From NCBI GenBank assembly GCA_964532385.1, contig CAZHHW010000001.1:27268-91267 (forward strand): a stretch of DNA of 64,000 bases, written 5' to 3'. This stretch comes from an uncultured Gammaproteobacteria bacterium. Its GTDB lineage: Bacteria > Pseudomonadota > Gammaproteobacteria > SG8-11. Both the position numbers and the translations under genes were made by a program. Below are positions 57,499 through 64,000 of this stretch, piece after piece; the stretch's first letter is position 1, and every line of letters begins with the position of its first letter. The notes under the pieces were generated by a model, which had not been told where the DNA came from, searched no databases, and saw nothing but the letters and a program-made list of their open reading frames with translations.

Positions 57499-57547
57499 GG
57501 AGCGCGGCCATCCTGGCCGCAAGTAGCGGGCAGGACGCCCGCGCTCC
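57499..57547. repeat. 49-bp structured repeat, copy 2 (a partial third copy lies at 57486..57495)
   Basis: Read directly. It is in the same orientation as copy 1. Confidence 0.6.
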
Positions 57548-57560
57548 GTAAGCAGTTTCG

Positions 57561-60167
57561 TTAGCGATGCATTAGCCGCAAGGGGGCTAACTTCGGTACA
57601 GGTACAGGTACAGGGCGCGCAGGCGGGGGTTGTGCGGCGACAAATTGCGGGTAAGTCGTTTTCCACCATTGCTGTAGATCGGCGGCGGACACGGGACGGC
57701 TGATGTGGTAGCCCTGAGCGTAATCGCAGCCCAGCATCGCGAGCAAATTGAGAATCTCCTGATTTTCCACGCCCTCGGCGACCACGTGCATTCCTAAATT
57801 ATGCGCAAGTTCGATGGTGGAACGAACAATCACAGCGTTGCTTTCGTCGTCAAGCATCTCCATGACAAACGAGCGATCAATTTTGATCTCTTTAATGGGC
57901 AACCGCTTTAAATAGGCAAGCGACGAAAAACCGGTTCCGTAGTCATCCACGGAAATGCTGATGCCCTTGTCCGCAAATCGGGTGAGCACTTCAATTGACT
58001 TTACCGGGTCCGCCATCATGGCGCTTTCAGTGACTTCAAGAACCAAGCGTGACGGCGGGAGAGCGTTACGGGTAAACCACTGATTAATCCAGTCCATCAG
58101 CTGTTGATCCAGAATGCAGTTCGCGGATAGATTCACCGCCACGCTGATGTTCATGCCATTTTGCCGCCACATTTCGCACTGCCGCAGCGCGGTGTCCAGA
58201 ACCCAGCGAGTGAGCGGACGAATCAGGCCGGTTTGCTCCGCCATGGGAATAATTTGGTCGGGCGAAATCCGGCCATGGGTTGGATGGGTCCAGCGCAATA
58301 GCGCCTCCACGCCCACGAATTGCGACGTTGCGATCGCAAGTTTGGGTTGATAGTGCAGCTCGAGACTGCCGCTTTCGATGGCCTCCCGCAATTCACCCAC
58401 AAGTGAAAGTTGCCGTACGCTGTGTTGGTCGCTGACAGGGTTGTAGAAGGCATGGCCGGCCCGATTTCTTTTCGCCTCATACATGGCCACATCGGCGTGC
58501 TGCATTAGCGTCTGAACATCCTCTCCGTTCTGCGGATAGAGCGCGATGCCCACGCTGGCCCCGACAAGCAGTTGGTGATGGTCGACTTCGATAACACGGT
58601 CGAGTTGCTTGATGACAAGATCCGCCACTTCGCCGGCCGCGAGCTCCGTGGTATTGGGAATGACCATGCAGAATTCGTCGCCGCCAAAACGCGCGACATT
58701 TTCCTCGTGCCGCGACATGGCCGACAGGCGCTGCGCGATAGTCTGCAATAATTTGTCGCCGATGGAATGGCCGAGCGTATCGTTTACTTCCTTAAAGCGA
58801 TCCAGATCGATCATCAGCAGGGCAAAGGATTGTGTTGATGCTTGAGCCGCAGCAATGTTATGTGAAAGCATATTTTCCAGCATCGCGCGGTTGGGAAGCC
58901 CGGTCAGCTGGTCATGCAACGTTTGATATTCAAGCTCAGAACGGCGGGTGTGGACTTGCACCCGCATGCTGTCGAATGCGTTCAGCAATTCTTGGGTTTC
59001 CGATACTCCGCTTACGGCAAGTGGCTCCAGTATTTCACCGTTGGCCTCGGCATTTAACGCGCGTGAGACCCGCGATAGCGGGGTCAACACGGCACGGTCC
59101 AGTGCAACATAAGCACCGACGATGAAAAGGATGCACAGCGCAGTTACAGACCAGAAAATATTTTCTTGGGTGTTGGTCGCCACCGTTAGCGTGGCGATAT
59201 CGCTGTCGGAACCTGCCTCAATCGACGCGTCGATGGTAATCAATCCATTCCAGATGTTCGCAAATAGCGGTTCAATGGACTCTTTCAATTGTTTCGCGTC
59301 CGCGCGCCAGGCATCGGAGGAATGCAGCCAAAGTACGCGACGGAAATTGTCGAGCCACTGCTCCGATGCACTTTGCAGAATTGCAATGGAGTCTTCAGTT
59401 TGAATACCGAGCTGATGCTGACGCTGTAGCTCCTGCAAATGATCAATTTCAACCATCAATTGGGCATGCAACGCGGTGACGTCCTGTTCCTGCGTTAGCA
59501 AGGTATCTTCACGAAACGATCCCATGCGGTTCGCCAGATAGATGCGGAAGTTCGAAATCATTTGCGTCCACAAATGGCGGGCGCGCAGGAGTGTCATGTA
59601 GGCTTCCGATTTCGGGCGGCGTGCGTCTTGCGTGTCGGTTTCATCCAGGGCCAGCGTCACAGCGGTGAAGAACGTCTGGTTCAAAGGCTGCATGTTTTCC
59701 TGTGCCAGCGCCATGGATGGATACTGAGTCAGCGCGTTTAGCCGGGTGGTGATGATTTTTTCTATTGCGACGTCGAGTGTTTCCATGGTCGCGCGGATAT
59801 CGCTGATGACAGGCAACTGGTTAGGGATGATGTCGTGGGCAAGTTCCTGCAATTGTTCGAGGTTGCGGCGCGTGCGCTCCATTTCCACATGCACCGGATT
59901 ACGGTATTCGCCACGGTAAGGATCAAGTAGAAACGAAGCCAGCAATTGACGTGTTTGCCACGCTGAATCGCGAATCTGGCGGCTGTTCATCAGCAATTGT
60001 TTGCGATCGCCGATGTGAGAGGTTGTGAGATGCCGCAACTGCGTCACGTAGCTATTTGCCACGATCATTGCGAGCAAAATGAAGGCGATGAGCAGGGCCG
60101 AAAGCAACGAATAACGCCCGCGCAGACTGCTTAATTGTAATATTTTAATATTCACGCAGCGGTACAC
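57561..60167 (-). CDS. Membrane sensor GGDEF-EAL protein (c-di-GMP synthesis/hydrolysis)
   Basis: N-terminal TM and sensor region. 'RFGGDEFCMV' is an intact GGDEF motif. EAL motifs 'ELHYQP' and 'DDYGTG' are present. Confidence 0.8.
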   Translation of the reverse strand: MYRCVNIKILQLSSLRGRYSLLSALLIAFILLAMIVANSYVTQLRHLTTSHIGDRKQLLMNSRQIRDSAWQTRQLLASFLLDPYRGEYRNPVHVEMERTRRNLEQLQELAHDIIPNQLPVISDIRATMETLDVAIEKIITTRLNALTQYPSMALAQENMQPLNQTFFTAVTLALDETDTQDARRPKSEAYMTLLRARHLWTQMISNFRIYLANRMGSFREDTLLTQEQDVTALHAQLMVEIDHLQELQRQHQLGIQTEDSIAILQSASEQWLDNFRRVLWLHSSDAWRADAKQLKESIEPLFANIWNGLITIDASIEAGSDSDIATLTVATNTQENIFWSVTALCILFIVGAYVALDRAVLTPLSRVSRALNAEANGEILEPLAVSGVSETQELLNAFDSMRVQVHTRRSELEYQTLHDQLTGLPNRAMLENMLSHNIAAAQASTQSFALLMIDLDRFKEVNDTLGHSIGDKLLQTIAQRLSAMSRHEENVARFGGDEFCMVIPNTTELAAGEVADLVIKQLDRVIEVDHHQLLVGASVGIALYPQNGEDVQTLMQHADVAMYEAKRNRAGHAFYNPVSDQHSVRQLSLVGELREAIESGSLELHYQPKLAIATSQFVGVEALLRWTHPTHGRISPDQIIPMAEQTGLIRPLTRWVLDTALRQCEMWRQNGMNISVAVNLSANCILDQQLMDWINQWFTRNALPPSRLVLEVTESAMMADPVKSIEVLTRFADKGISISVDDYGTGFSSLAYLKRLPIKEIKIDRSFVMEMLDDESNAVIVRSTIELAHNLGMHVVAEGVENQEILNLLAMLGCDYAQGYHISRPVSAADLQQWWKTTYPQFVAAQPPPARPVPVPVPKLAPLRLMHR

Positions 60168-60349
60168 CGGGGGGCAAAATCACCTAGTGGTTGCGTCTAT
60201 TCCACGGGAATACATCACACATGAATTGCCAAACTGTGAATCCGGTCTCAGGCTATGGAGTCAATAATTGTGTCTGGGCATGTTGTTGTCATTACCTGAC
60301 GTAACACACCGTAAACGCGGGTGTATTCATTAAAACGGAGTCGACGTTA

Positions 60350-61618
60350 ATGGATGTTTCAGGCTGGCTGATTCCCAGGAGATATCGCACGCTGGTTGCA
60401 ATCATCTGCTTTGTTGCGCTTGGAGTTTTCACTGGCCACAACATGGCTTCCACCACCACCGGCACCTTCGTGCCGGCATACCCGCTACCTGCAGCCGGTC
60501 AAGCTGTGGCGCTGGGCAAGCACACCGCCCAGGAAGTTCGTCCCGCGCAATTTGATGCCGCTTCCTGGCAGTACTCTTTGTTCGACGCTTACGGCGGCGG
60601 CGTGTTTGTATCCTCGTATTCGCAGGCCGGTGCGTATGTGATTGCAGGCACGGGTGGGCATGGAGCTCCCGAACACAGCGGCGGTGTCGCGTTCGATTTC
60701 ACAACCGGCACCTGGCAATTGCTGCCGGACGCCTCGGGCACACCGGCGCGCTCGCAGGTGTATGGAAAGGACGAAACCAATGGTGCGCCGGAATACGAAA
60801 TCGCCTTAAGTCCGACACTCCCCAACGCGGTGCCTGCGCCTGCGCATCCCTACATGAATCTGATGCCGCTGCCCACCGAGCTGGGCGGAGGGCCGCGCGG
60901 CTCGGTGGTGTATGCGATCCAGTCCGCGCAGTGCGCGGAGTCGGTGACCAGCACGCGCGCGCACCGCTTTGATCTGGCGTCGCGCACCTGGTCGCGTTAC
61001 ACCTCGAACCACCTCAATGACCTGGGCGGTACCAGTTTCTCGTTCGATGCGCCGTCGGTTTACGATCCGGGCGCGCGGCGCATCTGGCAACTGCCGAACC
61101 AGATTCATGCGCGGCAGAACCTCGGCTACATCGATCTCACTGAAACCCGGCCGAAGTGGCGGCTGAGCGCTTCCTGGGCTTGGCCGCCCAGCTGGGATGC
61201 AACCACCTCCGCATGGCTTGATGACACCCGGCGCCTCATCCTCATGCAAACTCAGGCGCGCCTGATCGCGCTGGATCTTAACCGCCTGAACGCCGGGCCG
61301 CGGTTACTCAACTTCAGCGGTTCTTTGCCGCCGCCGGGAAATCGCTGGGAATACTACCCGCCCGACGGCAGCTTCTATAACAAGAGTAATACCGGAAATG
61401 TGTTGTGGAAGCTGACGCCGCCCGCCGGGAATGCGCTGACCGGCACCTGGGTCATCACGCAGTTTACGGTGGCCGGGGCTCCCTTGCCGGATATCCAAGC
61501 CGCCGCTCAACAGTCCGGAGCCCGCCATTTCACGCGCTTTTTCTATGTACCGGCGCTTAAAGCCTTCGCTTGGATTGCCGGCGCGGCCAGTCCAGTGATG
61601 TTAATTCGCCCTTTTTGA
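60350..61618 (+). CDS. Hypothetical exported/anchored protein, Trp- and Gly-rich and probably beta-rich
   Basis: N-terminal signal anchor. No recognisable motif. Confidence 0.4.
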   Translation: MDVSGWLIPRRYRTLVAIICFVALGVFTGHNMASTTTGTFVPAYPLPAAGQAVALGKHTAQEVRPAQFDAASWQYSLFDAYGGGVFVSSYSQAGAYVIAGTGGHGAPEHSGGVAFDFTTGTWQLLPDASGTPARSQVYGKDETNGAPEYEIALSPTLPNAVPAPAHPYMNLMPLPTELGGGPRGSVVYAIQSAQCAESVTSTRAHRFDLASRTWSRYTSNHLNDLGGTSFSFDAPSVYDPGARRIWQLPNQIHARQNLGYIDLTETRPKWRLSASWAWPPSWDATTSAWLDDTRRLILMQTQARLIALDLNRLNAGPRLLNFSGSLPPPGNRWEYYPPDGSFYNKSNTGNVLWKLTPPAGNALTGTWVITQFTVAGAPLPDIQAAAQQSGARHFTRFFYVPALKAFAWIAGAASPVMLIRPF

Positions 61619-61798
61619 GAAGCGGCCCTCTGAACCGCCCCCGCAGACGGGCAGCCTGCGCTTTATAGCCGAAACTTTGGCGGAACAGGCGCTCCGCAGT
61701 CAGGACCCCGGCGTATTCCTACGCTAATTTTTAGTTCAACTGAGTAATTCATCAATGAACTGGCGGGGGCAGAGCCATGAAACTCCGAGAACCGTTAC

Positions 61799-61814
61799 TG
61801 GAACGGTAGTTGCA
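61799..61814 (+). promoter_or_regulatory. Sigma54-type promoter TGGAAC-N5-TTGCA upstream of flhF
   Basis: GG/GC register matches the consensus. It lies ~35 nt upstream of the flhF ATG. Confidence 0.5.
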
Positions 61815-61847
61815 GAAGTCAGCGCAATCCCGTCAACGTAGCGTGCC

Positions 61848-63071
61848 ATGCAAATAAAACGATTTTTCGCTGAAGACATGCGTCAAGCCATCCGTAAAGT
61901 CGAGCGCGAACTCGGTCCTGAGGCGGTCATCTTGTCAAACAAGAAAGTTCCCGGCGGTGTAGAAATCGTCGCGGCCATGGATGTTGAGGGCGCGTTGTTG
62001 TCTAAAGAGTCCGGCGGCCAGGTTGCTCCCGCTCTGCCGCAGCTCAAGCAGCAGTCGGTGGTTGCCGCCCCCGGCAAGGAAAATCCTGTACCGCAGGCGC
62101 CACCGCGCGATGCTAATTACTGGTCGCAGGAACCGTCTATGGTCCAGATTCGCAGCGAGCTCGCGGGCTTGCGCAATCTGCTCGAACATCAGATGAGCGG
62201 GTTGGCCTGGGGGGATGAAGCGCGCCGGCATCCGACCCGCGCGAAAATAATCCGCGATTTAATGGGGCTGGGTATTGACGCCACTCTGAGCCGCTCGATT
62301 GCGAGCCGTGTGCCCGACGATTTGAGCGCCCAACATGGCTGGATCAAGGCGATTGAAACCCTGGTGGCCGATGTGGCGGTGGCGAATGACGACGTTCTGG
62401 AGCGTGGCGGGGTCGTCGCGCTGGTCGGTCCCACCGGCGTGGGCAAGACCACCACCATCGCCAAGCTGGCGGCACGCTATGCGTTGCGCCACGGCCGCAA
62501 GCGCGTGGCGATGGTAACGATCGATAACTACCGCATCGGGGCACATGAACAATTACGCACTTATGGCCGCATCATGGATGTGCCGGTCTACACCGTTAAA
62601 AGCGCGGAAGAGATGCGCGGCACGCTCGACGATTTGGTCGACAAGGACCTGGTGTTGATCGACACCGCAGGCATGAGCCATCGCGACAAGCGCATTCAGG
62701 ATCAATTCTCGCTGCTGGCCGCCGCGCAGCCGAACATCAAAACCTACCTGGTGCTGGCCGCGACCACTCAATTCAGCGGGCTGACCGAGATCGCGCAGGT
62801 ATTCAAGAGCCTGACTTTACAAGGCTGTGTAATGACCAAGCTCGACGAAACCACCCAACTGGGCGGTGCGTTGTCGGCCGTCATTACGCAGCGTCTGCCG
62901 CTGCTGTATTTAAGCGACGGGCAACGGGTACCGGAGGATCTGCATGTGGCGCGCGCCAAGAATCTGGTTTATCGCGCCGTGAACTTGCAGCGTCAGGCCG
63001 GGCAGGCCGTGATTAATGAAGAATCCTTGGAGTCGGCGTTTAGGGGGGCGGTAGTCAATGCTAATGTCTGA
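61848..63071 (+). CDS. flhF: Flagellar SRP-like GTPase FlhF
   Basis: 'GPTGVGKTTTIAKLA' P-loop and 'DTAG'. Confidence 0.85.
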   Translation: MQIKRFFAEDMRQAIRKVERELGPEAVILSNKKVPGGVEIVAAMDVEGALLSKESGGQVAPALPQLKQQSVVAAPGKENPVPQAPPRDANYWSQEPSMVQIRSELAGLRNLLEHQMSGLAWGDEARRHPTRAKIIRDLMGLGIDATLSRSIASRVPDDLSAQHGWIKAIETLVADVAVANDDVLERGGVVALVGPTGVGKTTTIAKLAARYALRHGRKRVAMVTIDNYRIGAHEQLRTYGRIMDVPVYTVKSAEEMRGTLDDLVDKDLVLIDTAGMSHRDKRIQDQFSLLAAAQPNIKTYLVLAATTQFSGLTEIAQVFKSLTLQGCVMTKLDETTQLGGALSAVITQRLPLLYLSDGQRVPEDLHVARAKNLVYRAVNLQRQAGQAVINEESLESAFRGAVVNANV

Positions 63072-63945
63072 TGTCACTATCGATCAGGCGGCGGGTTTGC
63101 GCCGTATTGTCAAGCCACGGCCCGTGCGTGTCATCGCGGTCACCAGCGGCAAAGGCGGTGTCGGCAAAACCAATATCTCGGTCAACCTCGGGATTGCGCT
63201 TGCGCAGGAAGGCAAAGAAGTCATGCTGATGGACGCCGACTTCGGTTTGGCCAACGTCGATGTCATGCTGGGCTTGCATCCCGCCTATAACCTTTCGCAT
63301 GTAATCAATGGCGAGCGTACACTCGAAGAGGTGATTGTCACCGGCCCTTCCGGTCTGCGCGTAGTACCGGCGTCTTCCGGAGTCAAGAAGATGGCCGAGC
63401 TGGACGTCACCCAGCACGCCGGCGTCATCCGCGCGTTCAGCGAACTGAGCCATGAGCTGGATGTGCTGATCATCGATACGGCGGCGGGAATTTCCGAAAG
63501 CGTAGTGAGCTACGCGCGCGCCGCGCAGGAAGTCGTGGTGGTGGTGTGCGACGAGCCCGCATCGATCACCGATGCTTACGCGCTGATCAAATTGCTCAAC
63601 CGCGATTATGGAATCAATCGCTTTCGCATTCTCGCGAACATGGTATTAAGCGCCCAGGAAGGCCGCAATCTGTTTCAAAAACTGACGGCCGTTACCGACC
63701 GTTATCTGGATCTCGCCATGGATTTCATGGGGGCAATTCCGCACGACGACTATCTGAAGAAAGCAGTTCAGAAGCAGCGTGCCGTAGTAGACGCATACCC
63801 GCGCAGCAAGGCGGCCTTAGCATTCAAGAAACTCGCGCAAAAGACAGACCACTGGCCACTGCCATCCAGCGCGGGCGGACATCTTGAGTTTTTTGTGGAA
63901 CGGTTAATCATGGCCAGTCAACATGTGGGGAGTGAACTTCGATGA
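63058..63945 (+). CDS. fleN: MinD-like flagellar number regulator FleN/FlhG
   Basis: Deviant Walker A 'SGKGGVGKT'. Confidence 0.85.
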   Translation: MLMSDVTIDQAAGLRRIVKPRPVRVIAVTSGKGGVGKTNISVNLGIALAQEGKEVMLMDADFGLANVDVMLGLHPAYNLSHVINGERTLEEVIVTGPSGLRVVPASSGVKKMAELDVTQHAGVIRAFSELSHELDVLIIDTAAGISESVVSYARAAQEVVVVVCDEPASITDAYALIKLLNRDYGINRFRILANMVLSAQEGRNLFQKLTAVTDRYLDLAMDFMGAIPHDDYLKKAVQKQRAVVDAYPRSKAALAFKKLAQKTDHWPLPSSAGGHLEFFVERLIMASQHVGSELR

Positions 63946-64000
63946 GCGCCGCTGCGAAGTATGTAAAGACCCAGACTCAAATCAGCAAGAAAAGTAAAAA
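63942..64000 (+). CDS. Start of the next gene, plausibly the flagellar sigma factor FliA. The 3' end is truncated.
   Basis: ATGA overlap with fleN. Only 19 codons are visible. The assignment rests on conserved gene order only. Confidence 0.3.
   Translation, partial: MSAAAKYVKTQTQISKKSK

Noticed and set aside
60350-61618. C-terminal 'AFAWIAGAASPVMLIRPF' as a GlyGly-CTERM or PEP-CTERM sorting signal for the nearby rhombosortase
   Set aside because: There is no GG or PEP motif preceding the hydrophobic stretch, and no basic cluster beyond a single Arg. The gene is also 27 kb from the rhomboid gene.
1-64000. CRISPR arrays, tRNA/rRNA genes, integrase/transposase genes
   Set aside because: No direct-repeat/spacer periodicity, no tRNA T-arm consensus (GGTTCGAATCC-like), and no integrase or transposase-like ORFs were seen on either strand.

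Overview
This 64 kb window looks like high-GC chromosomal DNA from a polar-flagellate, Gammaproteobacteria-like bacterium (inference from gene content). I found no rRNA, tRNA or CRISPR.

Housekeeping and core content:
- recJ, lysA (with an untracked small lppL/lptM-like lipoprotein ORF upstream), asnB, class-I adenylate cyclase cyaA, a di-haem cytochrome c peroxidase, a carboxylesterase and a SAM methyltransferase.
- A type II secretion pseudopilin/assembly operon gspGHIJKLMN, with a divergent short rhomboid gene (rhombosortase-like) immediately upstream.
- A flagellar export block fliLMNOPQR-flhB-flhA ... flhF-fleN-(fliA start). Sigma54-type -24/-12 promoters sit upstream of fliL and flhF.
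- A GGDEF-EAL gene plus an unknown exported protein are inserted between flhA and flhF.

Accessory-looking segments:
- 1.3-4.6 kb: a phytochelatin-synthase-like exported protein, a FixG/CcoG-like 4Fe-4S membrane protein, a small CXXCH lipoprotein and a lipoprotein.
- 6.7-10.6 kb: two paralogous multi-repeat lipoproteins in inverted orientation flanking an HTH-like regulator, with palindromic operators between them.
- 13.5-18.7 kb: an operon of a response regulator-TPR protein, an M48-TPR protease and a kinase, with a divergent sensor-less histidine kinase.
- 22.2-25.2 kb: a lower-GC islet carrying a VapBC toxin-antitoxin pair.
- 40.7-41.8 kb: a small exported glycine-zipper protein translationally coupled to a membrane protein.
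- 45.4-48.6 kb: a lower-GC three-gene module of a processive GT2 synthase, a small membrane protein and a TPR/beta-barrel outer-membrane protein. This looks like a minimal synthase-dependent exopolysaccharide system and is my best candidate for an undescribed system.

Other signals:
- Several REP-like GC-rich hairpin repeats.
- A pair of 49-bp structured direct repeats flanking flhA.
- c-di-GMP network components: a PilZ protein, a PAS protein with a degenerate GGDEF domain that retains its I-site, and the GGDEF-EAL protein.

All calls come from reading the provided translations and sequence by eye. No database searches were run.
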